Positions 39,896-52,814 of a stretch of DNA of 64,000 nucleotides are shown in pieces (the stretch's first letter is position 1; every line of letters begins with the position of its first letter). The position numbers and the translations under genes are program-made. The DNA is from the human T2T-CHM13v2.0 reference genome, Homo sapiens: the NCBI RefSeq assembly GCF_009914755.1, contig NC_060935.1; one strand, written 5' to 3'. The notes below the pieces were generated by a model, which worked only from the letters and a program-made list of their open reading frames with translations, was not told where the DNA came from and did no database searches.

Positions 39896-40721
39896 AAATA
39901 GGAGGCTTATTCATTCATTCCTTTATTTATTTGCTCAGCAAGCATCTATGGTGCCCCTCCTATGTCCCTCTAAGTGCATACTCAGTGGTAGGTGATATTG
40001 CGAAAGCCCTGAGTCTTTTCACCTCAACACATCTTCTAAATGTGCACTTCTCTATTTTTGCCTTTTGCTCGTCTTCCAGTCTTCTAGGTTCAAGCCCATA
40101 ATTCTTGGTAATGCTACCTTCTCTCAGCTCCTGTATTCCAACCATCAAGTCTTGCTTGACTTGCTCATTTTTTTCTTTCTTTTTCCCACCATCCTAGGAC
40201 CAAGCCCATGTCAGCACAAACCTGGATCCTTCTTTCATGCCAATCCTCAAGTTTTGACTTTATTTCAGTTGGAAATTGGCATCCAGGGAAGTGTTTGAAT
40301 AGGGAAGGAAAAGGATCAAAGTGGTGCTTTTGGAAGTTTAATTTTTGCTCCACATGAGTTCCAGTGGGAAGTGGCCAGTGGCAAGGAGACAAGTAAAAAG
40401 TTTTAACAATTTAAATATAAACTGATAAAGACTTAAAGTAAGGTGATGCTATTAGGCATGGAACGGAGAAAGAGGAGGCTGCAAGAGGCATTTTGAAGGA
40501 ACCTGTGTGGGAGTGAATTAGGTTTGAGGTGTGAAGATAACTCCACAATTTAGAGTCTTGGTAACTAGGAGACTAATGATACCTGTTTCACAACTTCAGT
40601 AGCACTTTGTGCTGCTCACGTGTGTCTTTTCACCTACCATCTGGTGTATGTTATTTTTTTTAATGAATAATTGTCTTTCTCTACAAATTGGTTATAAACT
40701 CCGTAAAGCAAGGTCTATGTG

Positions 40722-41149
40722 TGTCCTAGTCTATTTTCTATTGCTTGTAACAGAATACTTAAAACTGGGCAATTTATAAAGAAAAGAAATTTATTTCTTA
40801 CAGCTATGGAAGCTAAGTCCAAGATCAGGGGACCACATCTAGTGAGGACCTTCTTGCTGGGGGGGACCCTGCAGAGTCCTGAGGTGGTGCTGGACATTAC
40901 ATGGCAAGGGGGCTGAGTGCTAGCTAAGGTCTCTCTTCCTGTTTTATAAAGCCACCAGTCCCATTCTCATGATAACTTATTCATCCACTAATCCACTAAC
41001 CCATTAATTCATGAATGGATTAATTCATTCATAAGGGTAGGATCCTTATGACCCAATTACCTCTTAAAGGCCCCACCCCTCAATGGTACTACATTGGAGT
41101 CTAAATTTCAACATGAGTTTTGGAGGAGACAAATATTTAAACCATAAGA
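40722..41149 (-). mobile_element. MSTC-like MaLR solo LTR
   Basis: tgtcctagtctatttt...aatttataaagaaaagaaatttattt...tttcaacatgagttttggagg...aaaccataaga; TSD atgtg/atgtc. Confidence 0.85.
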
Positions 41150-42319
41150 ATGTCCCATCACGCTTTCCTTTTTATTTCAAAATTTGCTTACACTGAGTCT
41201 AGGCAGTGCTAGTAAGTGTTGCTAATTTGTTCATTCTTGTTGTGAGTACTTTGATGATGTTGCAGGAATGGAAGGTGGGGGAGCAAATTTTTTCCCCAGA
41301 GAATTAGAGTTACGTCAGTATTATTAGCTTATTGCTAAACTAAGTCTATTCTATAAAGAAACATAAACATTCACATTATGCAAAAAATTTATTTTCATCA
41401 GTGAAATACAACCCCCATGAAAGCTCCCACACAATCTCAGTAGGCTGGTGGTACAGTGCCTTGGAAAGAGAAATCAGGAGTGACATTCAATAGCCAGCAA
41501 CCCCAGAAAACCCTCTATCTTGATGGAAAGGGCTACTTGTTTTCTGTCTCCTCATCCTCACATGTACATTCCATCTGCCTAATGCTTTCCTCTCTTAATT
41601 GAAAAACAAACAGACATGACACACACAAAAAAGCATTTCTTGCCCCATTTCTTAGCAAGCAAGGTCAACTTATGCCGCACTCAGGCTGTGTAGTAGGTGC
41701 AGGAAAATGTTTTTGTGATTTCTTGAAGCACAGCTTTTACACAGTGTGGCATAGATATGAAGTCCTGCAGACAGCAGCTGCAGGCAGAGTGGGCTGGTAT
41801 GCAGCAGGGGAATGCATGGGAGGGCTTTCTGAGCAGTCTTTGAGCAGATGGCGAGTCTAGGCATCCGGGTGCAAATCACTCCAGTCACATCTGAAAACCA
41901 AACAAGAATTCTTTAGAATAGAACTGTGACGTCTGGACAGTGTTATTCATTCTACAGTGATATCAGAGAAAGGGCTTCCCATCTTTTCTTCTGAGTAGAC
42001 CCCCGCTCCAAAAAAATATCCTAGAGCAATAGCAAGAGTCAAGAAGTCCAAGGCTAAGCAAAAGGAGTAACATTGGCTGGAGGCTGGGGTCCTAGAAAAG
42101 GAAAGGCAAAAGACTACAAAAATGAAGAAGTGCTCATTAAGCTGAGGAATACGTCCAGGGATAGAACTGGGAAAAATCATAGAACAGATAACAGAGTGGT
42201 TAGGGAAATGATTTTAGACTTGCTAGCATCTCTCTTGTTATCTTGGATTGGTCATCTATTCAATACACAGAAAATAAAGGACTTCCTAGAATGATATAAC
42301 AGAAAGATCAGTAGCTCTC

Positions 42320-42520
42320 TTAACAGACGGGCTTAGGTTTTAACCTCACACTCTGTGAGTGATCTTGGCAAGTCACTTCAATTTATTGGGCCTGGGACTC
42401 TTCATCTATGAAAGAGGCAGGATGATATCTACTCCTAGGGTGTTATGAGGATTAAATGAGATAATGTAGGAGAAGCTCAGCTCAGCTCAGCATGGCTTGG
42501 CAAACAGGGGACATTCAATA
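42320..42520 (+). mobile_element. MIR
   Basis: gatcttggcaagtcacttca...gggtgttatgaggattaaatgagataatgta. Confidence 0.7.
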
Positions 42521-42649
42521 CGTATGTGCTCTTTTTCTCTCTTCTCTCTTCTCTTTTTCTCATAGGAGATAGGGCTCACATAGACCTATAAAGGCAGAAT
42601 TCTTTCACAAGCTGCCTTTAGGCAGAGAGAACAGAACTTGGTCAAGAAC

Positions 42650-43195
42650 TGTGAAGGGCTGAAACTTTATACTACTTGTAAGCTCACAAGATAACCTGAC
42701 AGATTCATGGATGCTGGCAGAAGACACAAGATTCCTGGGTCAGAGACAATGGACTTTACTCACAGCACAGCAAGCAGTAAGAGTATTAGCATATTTGCTT
42801 TGACCCTCCAAGCCCCAATTCCCACAGAACAATGTGAAGAGAGCCAGGCAATACCTGCACACACTGTGGGGTGGCTTATGAGAGAGAAGCCCTGAGTATA
42901 GAAAACCCAAATTTTGCATAATGGACCCTAAGTGCACCTGCCCTATGCTCCAGCCCAGCTCCGTTTTTCCATATATGTTTCCACTATGGAAACATCCTTA
43001 AAAAGAGAGCCCAGCACAAGGACTGTCAGCACCTGCCAGATGTAAAAATGTAAGACACATGGAAAATTGTTTCCCAAAAGGGATAACAGAAATAATCCCT
43101 TTCCTTCCTGTCCTCTTACCAGGTTCATTAGCAGTGGCAGGCTTTCTGCACAACATTACTTTTCCCTGTGAACATGCAGTCTCACACATCCCACA
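42650..43195 (-). mobile_element. ERVL solo LTR, MER54/MER73/MER74 group
   Basis: tgtgaagggctgaaactttatactacttgtaagc...catggatgctggcagaagacacaagattcctgggtcagagacaa matches the reverse complement of this group's shared 3' end; far boundary approximate. Confidence 0.65.
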
Positions 43196-43759
43196 CTCCC
43201 CGTGTTTCCCTCTTTATCTCTTCTCCCATTAATGTAAGTGCTCAAGCACCTCATCAAGAACTTTCTATCCCCATTTTGACCTTTTTAGAGAAGTGCCAGA
43301 GCCCACAGTTGGGGAGGCTGCTGGCCTGACCAAAGGACAGGGCTTTTCTCTGGGAATCTCGTTTAAAGTTTTATGAAAAACATAATAAGAGGGGAATAAG
43401 AGAGGAGGTCAAGGGAGAGAATGAGACATCTCTCCTTAACTCTCTGCACTTGGGGAACATTTGATCCCAGCTTGGAGGTGAAAACGGAGCCAAGTTGGTG
43501 TCACTGAAATGAAGCAGGAAGTGTTCTGAGTCTCAGATATCTCCCTTCAGGTGCACGGGCCCAGAGCCAGCTGGATGTTTGGAGAGAGCAAGAGGCCACC
43601 TACATGGAGCTATTTGAGTGACACCAAAACATCTTCCTGCACCTGATATTTCCATTATGGTCTCTTCTCTAGCAGAGGCATGATCTAAAAAGGACACTGT
43701 TCCAATATAAATATGCCATCTGGGAGAAACAATTTCCACTATTTATAAATGCTTCCAGA

Positions 43760-44035
43760 GGTGGCCTATTCATTTAATGTCCTTATTTTAGTACAGCTAC
43801 GTGCTAGACATTGTGTTAGCCACTGGACTTCAAGGGGGATCAACCATATGTCTTGCTCTCAGGAGTCTGCAGTAAGAATCAGGAAGTATACTGGGAATTA
43901 GGATGCAAGTGACAAGCTTTATGACAAGTGAATTGAGAGAATGACATAGGAACATAGACAAGGGGCATTTAATCTTATTTTGGAAGATCAAGAGATGTTT
44001 TTCAGTGGAAGCTAAATGTAAACTAAGACCCTGTA
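43760..44035 (-). mobile_element. L2 fragment
   Basis: tattcattta...gctacgtgctagacattgtgttag...ttgctctcaggagt. Confidence 0.5.
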
Positions 44036-44439
44036 TGTTGAGTCTTTCTTAGCTGTATTTTAGAGGTGAAGAAATGGAAGTTTAAAAAGTCTAAATGTCT
44101 TACCGAATATTATATGGCCTGGGAGTGACAAAGCCAAGACTCAGACATACTATATTTTAATATTGGCTTTATCATGGGTTTTCCCATGTGTATTAACATA
44201 TTGGTTTATCTAGGCAGCTAGGGCCTTAGGAGACAAGACCTCTGAGAGACAAGTCTTAGTGGTGATGGGAGGTGCAGGAGTGTGGAGAGGGTTGGGGTGA
44301 AGATGATTGTGTGGGGTGAGGGTAGAGAGAGGGTGATGCTGCTTGGGAAAGTCTTCCCAGGGGTGGGGTGCTGGTGTAATGGGGGCTTTTGGAGGAGTGA
44401 TCGATGAAGTCTGAAGACAGTGGAGAGTGTGAAGTTTCT

Positions 44440-44580
44440 TAGGGAGAAAAAAAGAGGAAGAAAGAGGGTAGTGGGAGGAGGAGGAGGAGGGAGGAAAGGA
44501 AAAGAAGATTAGGAGGAAGAGGAGGTAAAGGAAAAGGAGAAAGGGGAAAAGGAGAAGGGGAAAAAGGAGAAGGAAAAGGA
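44440..44580. repeat. GA-rich polypurine low-complexity tract
   Basis: Almost pure G/A on the + strand. Confidence 0.85.
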
Positions 44581-44586
44581 TAATTA

Positions 44587-44932
44587 TTTAAGAATGAGAT
44601 CATATCTTTTGCAGGAACATGGATGGAGCTGGAGGCTATTATTCCTTAGCAAACTAACACAGCAACAGAAAACCAAATACGGCATGTTCTCACTTATAAC
44701 TGGGAGCTAAATTCATGATGAGAACTCATGAACACAAAGAAGGAAACAACAGACATTGGGGCCTGCTTGAGTGGGGAGGGTGGGTGGAGGGAGAGGAGTA
44801 GAAATAAATAACTGTTGGGTACAATGCTTATTACCTGGATTATGAAAGTCTGTACAAAAGACTCCCATGACACGAGTTTACCTATATAACAAACCTGCAT
44901 ATGTACCCCAAACCTAATACAAAAGTTAAATA
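44587..44932 (+). mobile_element. Short L1PA (L1PA13-16-like) 3' fragment
   Basis: atggatggagctggaggctattattcc...tttacctatataacaaacctgcatatgtacccc; perfect 13-bp TSD aaaaggataatta at 44574-44586 and 44933-44945. Confidence 0.9.
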
Positions 44933-46104
44933 AAAAGGATAATTAAGGAGAAGTTGTGATAGAAAATTTGATGTGAGCAGCAAAATCTAACTTTCTCTGT
45001 TTTATAATTGTATCCAGTGCTACATGAGTTAGTCATAGCCACTATTCCAGGAAGCAGGAGGCCAACACCTTCTCTGTAAAGAGAGAGAATTCAATCAGAG
45101 CCTCAACACAAAGCCCACTGCTGATTGGGTTCTTCACAGGAGCCTGAATTAGTAGTTCTTCCAGTCCTTTCAAACACTACTACCCCACCCCATCTTGTCA
45201 AGGTTTGCTCTGTTCCAGAAGGAAGTAAAGGAACAGGTGTTAAGAACCAGCTTCCCCACTCTACTTTGACCCTACAGGCGCCTGCAGTTTCCTAGGACTG
45301 ACCTTAGCATTCGGAATGAGCATAGTGTCCTGTAGAGTGCAGGGTCAGTGCATTTCTGAAATAACAACCAAAAAAAGTAAAACTGGTTTTGAGTTGGACC
45401 GGGGCTTATATCATATGCTATGGTTCAAAGCTTTCCTCCTAGTCTTAAAGCCAAGCCAAACTCATTTGGGTTTCGAATATCACCATTTAGCAGTCCATTG
45501 GCCTGGGCCTCCTTCTCTTGACCGAACTCTCATCCAACCTAGGCAACATTTGGATTCAATTTGATAGAAAATGTGGGTGAGCTGCTTGCCAAATTCTTAT
45601 GAATCTGTGTCAAACTCAGTGATTTAGGCTAAGATTTGGGGTGTGGCTGAGTCCCCAGAGGAATTCTGTGGTTGCATAATTCACAGAAAGTGAAGCAAAG
45701 GGTATTTTCAAAACTATTTCCAAAGAAGTGGACTCTGTAGAATCTCAGTCTATGGGGATTAAGATTTTGGAGACTTCACCACAGAATTTAAGTCTTTTCA
45801 CAGTATGTAATGGTCTTTTAGGGATGTTTAACCATCTGTTCATTTTTCTCCCCCATCATTCCACCATATAGGTTATTATCCATTTGAACCAAAGGAAACC
45901 AGTACATAGGAATGATACATTACTTAACTCAAGGTCAAGAGGTAAGAAAATGGCTGGACTAGGCTATAGGCCTGGTTCAATGAATTCTGTTGTACAGGGG
46001 CTACCAAAACCTTGATCTCTGACCCCTTCAAAGATGGTGATTTTTTTTCTTTCATTACAAGACAGGTTACTACAGCAACAACATACAAGCCACAGTAAAT
46101 ATAG

Positions 46105-46512
46105 GGTATTGAGACTGTTCCCTGGGAAATTGACTCTGAGGTGGAGACTTGCATGTAGGGAGTTATCAGGAGTGCTCTCAGGGATGATACTCACGAGAGA
46201 GTGAAGGAAGCAGGACTGGGCAAAGGGAAAAGATGGACATTGGGCATGTACAGGAGAGGGCTACCCAGATTCCTTGGGGCGTTCTGGAGCTCTGATAGTC
46301 ATTCACAGTTGTTTAACATTGTGGCAAACGATCTGGACAGACATTAGTTAAGAGTTACCTCTGGAGAGTAGACATGACCTTGGACTAGGAAGTTCTCTTT
46401 GGCAGAGAGCAATTTTCATGGAAGGCTCAGCTGTGTGAGGTTAGCAGCCAAATTCCTGGCAGCTGGAGTGCCTTGGTCCTCAAGGAGGTGGTGCCCCACA
46501 GCATCCACTACA
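46105..46512 (-). mobile_element. LTR33-like ERVL solo LTR
   Basis: gactctgaggtggagacttgcatg...gaaggaagcaggactgggca...ccacagcatccactaca. Confidence 0.75.
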
Positions 46513-47804
46513 GGAAGGGAAATAGAATTGTACATTGAAAACCCAGAGTACCATAGCCAGTTTCATTGAGGTCATGTCCATAGTGATGTGAAATTGCTCA
46601 TGGGAGCTAGAATGGGGCCTAGAGATATCTAAGGCTCGAGAGACCAAAGAGACAAACACCCAGCAAATGCTAAGGGTGTGTAGGAGTAAACGACTATGGC
46701 TTTTGCATTTTTATACAGGGGGTAAAATCAGGTTTGATAGAGTAAAAGATAATGGGGGAAGAGAAGATGTCAAAGAAGAAATCAAGGACAGACAAAAAAG
46801 TCTGCAAGGGAAAAGGAATGTGATTTAGCTAAGATGAGTGTGGAAACTTCCAGAACAAATTGAAGACACATAATCCTTGAGTTATATTTTGTAAACATCC
46901 TGGAATCCCTACTTTCTTCCCAGAAGCTACTCTAAGGCTTCCCAGAAGCTTGGCCTTGGTGCTACCGTCATACCCTAAAGCTGGCCTAGCTAGCAGCTGA
47001 TCACTGGAGTAGGAGTTAGGACCCCTGAGTTTTTAGGGATCCACTTGAGCAATAGGGTGGCCTTGGACTAATAAATTTGTTTTTGTTACCTATTCTTTTC
47101 CTCTCCTTCCAGTACTAAAATTACTGAAAAATGTGCCCATTGTTTTATACCAAATTACTAGGTGAGTATTTCAATTTTCTAAAACATGAAAACATGAGGG
47201 GTTTTAAAAATGGCTTCCTTCTCTCTTCTCTTCTCTCTCTCATCTCTGTCCCTAACTCTGATTTTTTTATGACAAGATTATGATGCTATTTTGTTTTTTT
47301 GTTGTTACTATTTTCATTTTCGCTTACATTGTTTTCTCCTTGAGCAGATTCTCTTTTCAGATCAACTCAAGGTTCTCTGAACACATCTGGTACGCTCTTA
47401 ACTTTAGCTGCTAGAAGTATTCCCAGCACTTGGAATTCCATCCCATCTACATCAGAGCTGTCAACAAAATGGTATCCAGTTGTTAAGGCCCATCTCAATA
47501 GCAGTGTGCACTTGGTTCCTTACTCACGTCATACGCAGCATATTGAAATTGAAATTGCCCACTGACTTCCATTCGTTCATTCATTAGCCTTTCTGAAATC
47601 TCCTGTTTTTTGTTCCCATCCTGATGTGATTTGACCCTGCCCTGCCATTTCTTATATCTACTTGTCTCATTCTGCCTTACTCTATAGTCACGTGGTTTCT
47701 CATTCTATTCTATTCATCTGGTTTCTATTTTAAACTGAAAACTCTGGAGGGCAGAGATTATATCTAAATATTATTAGATTTTTTTCTTGCAACACAATAT
47801 CATG

Positions 47805-47806
<2 letters not shown>

Positions 47807-47857
<51 letters not shown>

Positions 47858-47877
47858 TATTATACATATATACATAC
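47807..47877. repeat. (TA)n(CA)n microsatellite
   Basis: Direct reading. Confidence 0.95.
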
Positions 47878-48019
47878 GAGCAACCTAGTAGTCAGAGCTC
47901 ATAAATATTTAATTGAATTTGCTTTCTAAGAACAATGAGGGAAACCAGGAAAACATTCAAATAATGAAAAGCTTGATACCCCTTAACTTCTGACTCTCAA
48001 CTTAGTTATCCAAACTGAG

Positions 48020-48200
48020 TGAGATAGTCCTGAGCTCAAAGTTAGCTGCTCACAGTGAGTAGCTTTGTGAACTTAAATTAATAATGAGCCTATATGAGCC
48101 TTAGTTTTCTCATCTGTAAAATAGGAATGATAATTGTAACTACCATGGTAGATGGGACAGTAGTACATAGCCTGGCATTTTATAAATCTACACATGTTCA
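48020..48200 (+). mobile_element. MIR
   Basis: tgagccttagttttctcatctgtaaaataggaatgataat. Confidence 0.6.
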
Positions 48201-49559
48201 ACTGAAGAAGGTTGAAGGATGGAGCTGGAGTACATTAGCTGAGAACTGAGTCCCCTTGGCCCCAGCAACAGATCCTGACTCCTTCACATAGTGCCAGTGC
48301 TACTGGGCTGTGAGAAGTAAAGGATCTTGAGGTCATTTATTTTTGATACCAAAGTTCTCTTTGATACCAGTTTTAACTCTTCTGAAGAGGATAACTAGAT
48401 TTTTTTTAATGTGGACCAAAAAATTGTCCACATGAATTTATAAAACTGAATTATATTCTGATCAGCCCTTTATTATTCATAGGAGCAGTTCCACTTCTAG
48501 ATTATCAGTGGAATTCTTTTCCCTTATTTTTTGGGCTGCCTTCTCCCTGCCACCCAGCATGTGGCTGAGCCACATCCCCCAGTGCGGGCTTAGGGAATGC
48601 AAACTCATTTTAACTTTTTCCTGAGCAGAACATCACTGGGAAGAAAATTGGAACCCCCAAAAGCCATACAAAGCATTCCAAAGTAAAATATAAGAAACAT
48701 TTTGAATGTTTTTCTGTTTTGGATTATCTGTGCCACTATTCATTTCCCTTTTTTGTGGATAATCAAGAACTAGATGTATTATGGTTAACAAGACTTGAAA
48801 ATTGCTGAGAAAACTCTGCAGGGCATTGAAGCATTTTAAAGGTAAAATTCATAATCCTCAACATTTACACTTGACAGCCCATGCTACCCTGGAGGAGGGG
48901 AGTAGGGTAGGTAGATAGCTGCAATAGTTGCAACTGCAGATTTCTTTTTTTTTTTCCCCAAGGAAAAAAAACAGCTTCAGCTGTTTCAAATCATATAATT
49001 TGAATAATGATTAAAATCAGATAAAGCCCCCAAGACAGACAGAAAAGGAAAAAGAAACTCTATCTTGCACTGCAAAGATTTTTTTTTTACATCAACTTAA
49101 CTTTTTAAGAAAGGAAAGATTGTTTTCTTTTTTAGCCAAGGAATTTCTTCATTGCATTTAGCCAAATATAGGTTCCACACCCTTTTCTAACTCCAGCCAT
49201 GTGAATGTCCTGATAAGCACACGGCAAAAAATAAGCTAAGTGAAATATTCTCATTGCCTCATGATCTCTAGAGTGTATGTCATCAAGGCACTCATCCAAA
49301 TATTGCAAGTGAGTTATCTGAAATTCAGTTTTGAGGAATCCAGAGCCACCTCCTCAGTCATGGAGGGCCTCTGGGATCCAGAGGGAGCTTATAATGAAGG
49401 TAAGGATTTGAGCTGGAAGTCAGAGTGCTTGAGCCCTTTCCTTGGTTGTATACTCCTAGGTCAGCTCCAACCAGACCTTAAAAGAGTTAGAAGTTCACAC
49501 CCATTGCTTTTTTCTTCATAGGATTCAATTCCATGAAAACAATGCAATTTCATTTGTGT

Positions 49560-49880
49560 AGTTTTAAAATGTAGGAGGCACAAGTGACTAAGATATAGGA
49601 TCCAAAGCTGAGGGCAGTGCAGTTCCTCTCCTCAAAGAGCTCACGGTCTAATACAAGAGACAGATTATTATCGCTATTGCACAGAGAGATTTGCCCACTC
49701 TCTCTAACACAATTGCGCTTTACTGGTTGCTAAGAGTGCAGTGGGAACACGGAGTAGGTGTTCTGAATGGCATTTTAGGGCAGCCCAGAAAGGCTGCATG
49801 AAAAGTTGGTATTTAAACCGGGCCACGAAGAATAAATAGAATTTTGACAGATAGAGGAAAAAGAGTGAGACTTTCAAGCT
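49560..49880 (-). mobile_element. L2 fragment
   Basis: ctctcctcaaagagctcacggtctaat...gaaggctgcatgaaaagttggtattt. Confidence 0.5.
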
Positions 49881-50244
49881 GTCAGCTGATGTTTCTAAGA
49901 GAAACCTCTGGCCAAGGGACACTAAGAGGTAATACTGGACAAACTCAGTAAGGAACTGATAAAAAGGTCTTCAGAAGGTGATAGGAAGAGGCTGGCAATC
50001 AACAAGTGAGAGGGCTTACAAATATCAGCCTTAACCACCACCCTATTGTGCTTCCACCAGGTACAGTCCCATCTCTCCTTCCATGAATTCCTTTCTCTAG
50101 AGGAAACTGACGGTTCTCAGGAGAAGTCCTAATTCCCCCAACCCCACCAACCTTTGCTTCCTCTGAGATTACTATCGTTATTTTACATAACAAAAATGAC
50201 AACAGTATAAGTTACTCTGCCTTACCTAACAAACAATGATAAGA

Positions 50245-50490
50245 ATAATAATAGCTATCATTATTTAGCATTTATTATATGTTAGGCATTTGTGCTTAGC
50301 ATTTTACATATAAAATGTCGTTCAATCTTTGCAACAGCCCTTTGAGCTATGTACTTTTATTAACACACTGTATTTCACTGCTGAGGAAATTTAGGCTTGG
50401 AAACTTTAAGTAATGTGCCCATCGTCACTCAGCTAGTAGAGTTGAAACTCAAGTTTCTCTAGTAATCTCAAAGCCCAAGTTTTTAATCTC
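50245..50490 (-). mobile_element. MIR
   Basis: aataatagctatcattatttagcatttatt...tgaggaaatttaggctt...gtgcccatcgtcactcagctagt. Confidence 0.7.
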
Positions 50491-50833
50491 TACATCATCT
50501 GGTCTCTCTAGGAATTTCATTCTCCCATAACAATAATATCATAGTTTTATATAGTGCTCTGCAAATGCATACAAAGTTTATTCCTTTTTATTTGTTCATT
50601 TAACGGCAATAGCCTTGTGTTGTTATTTTAATGTTTCATTTTTAAAAATTAACTTATTTTTAATTGACGAAATTTGTATTTGTTTGTTGCTCTCTCCTTG
50701 AGAATGGAGGCATTTAGTAAATATAAATTAAAGGGAAGAAAGGAAAAGGGAGAAAGTTTGGAAAAGAGGAGGAAGGAAGAGGAAGGGAGGAAGGGAGAGA
50801 AAGAAAAGGGAAGAAAGGAAAAAAGAAAGAAAG

Positions 50834-51299
50834 TATAGAGGAGAAAAAATAATATCTTGCTTTATCCATCACAAGGTTGATGGCTGATACCTTTATAACC
50901 AAAGACAGATTAACAACAGAGAAGCATAACAAACGTATGTAATTCATGTTTTATGTGACACAAGTCTTCAAAAATGAAGACCCAAAGACCCAGGAGAAAC
51001 TGTATTTTTATGCTTAGGTTTGATGATGAATGTAGAGGCATGATTGGACAAAAAGGGGGTATGACTTAAAGATAACCTGGAGGGCACTTAGTAAGGCCTG
51101 ATTCTTCAGATTCTTCTTAGTCTCTCTGTGGAACATTCCTTCTCTCTGGATGTAGGGCAGGACACCTGTCACATGAGGGTCTTCAAGAGAGGTCAGAAAG
51201 ACCTTTCTGCTTCTGTGGTTTTCTCTGTTTCCTTCAGCTTAAAATACTCAGCATGCCAAGGTGCCATACTTGGGGGGTAGAATTTCCTGCACTCTGTCA
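50834..51299 (-). mobile_element. ERV1 solo LTR, MER34 family, inserted into a GA-rich tract
   Basis: Reverse complement reads tgacagagtgcagg...cccaagtatggcaccttggcatgctgagtattttaagctgaagg...gaccctcatgtgacagg. Purine tracts lie on both sides (50730-50833, 51300-51410). Shares motifs with the LTR at 38773. Confidence 0.75.
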
Positions 51300-52461
51300 A
51301 AAAAAGAAGGAAAAAAAGGAAGGAAGGAAGAGAGGAAGGAAAGAAAGAGGAAAGAAGGAGGGAAAGATGGGAAGAAGGAGGGGAGGAGGCAAAAGAGAGA
51401 GAGGAAGGACAATTTTCTGATAAATAAATCGAAGATCAGAGAGCTGAAGCAACTGGACTGGAGTTGTGACAAGTCAATTACAATATCAGGATCAGAATCC
51501 AGCTTATGGATTCCTGATGTGACCATCTTTTCACTGGATTGTTGACTTTGGTGATAAAGGTCCAGTATTTTTTTTTTATATATATACACACAGGTGAAGA
51601 GAGATTTTTAAAGTTCAGTTTTTATCTTTGGTCATCAGAAACAGTAGCATCGTGAGGTAAAAGAGTTAGCTTTAGGACAAAAATGAATTCTCTGCAGGAA
51701 AAATGGTGTCTGACCTTACAAATTAAAGTCACATGACTTAGGGCCTATTATTACACAGCAACAGTCACATACCAAGCATTACACAAACAGATGGAGGGGG
51801 TGAAAGACGACTTAATGAGAAATGCATGAGAGGAATGTGAGACATGCATGAAGAAGGAGCATTAAATACCTAGGATAACAGCTATGGCTAAGCTACTCTG
51901 AGTTGGGATAAAATAGGATAGGCTAATAAAGGAGTCAAGAATGAAGAATTCATTCTGCATGCCAAGGGGAAGAAACTTTGTGATTGAACCATTACTCTGG
52001 GACCTTCTCAAAGAATATTGCTTATCCTATCTCAATACTTATCCCCTCCCTGGAATTCTTTGACTGTGAAATCCTTTTATAACCAAGTTTATAATGATCA
52101 AAAGGATATTATGACATCAATTTTAAGGAAAAAAATCACCTATGCATGATGGGAAGGTGAAGTAGAAGTTGCATTAATATTAAGTTGGAAAAATAGGAAG
52201 GTGGGCAGAAAAGGAATCACTCTATGGGGAAAAATTAAGCAATTGGCTGAGGAGATGTGAATCTGCCTGGATCATCTAATCTCACCAAGCCTCAATCCAA
52301 TAGCAGTTCTAATACTGTCACCTCCACACAGTGTCCACAGCCTAACAAAATTTTTCTTGGATGTGAAACCACTATATTCTTTACTGAGGTCTTCACCCTG
52401 AAAATTGACTTCACTCTGAAATATTAGTAAGATAAATGTTATGAATGGAAAAATTCCCTGA

Positions 52462-52814
<353 letters not shown>

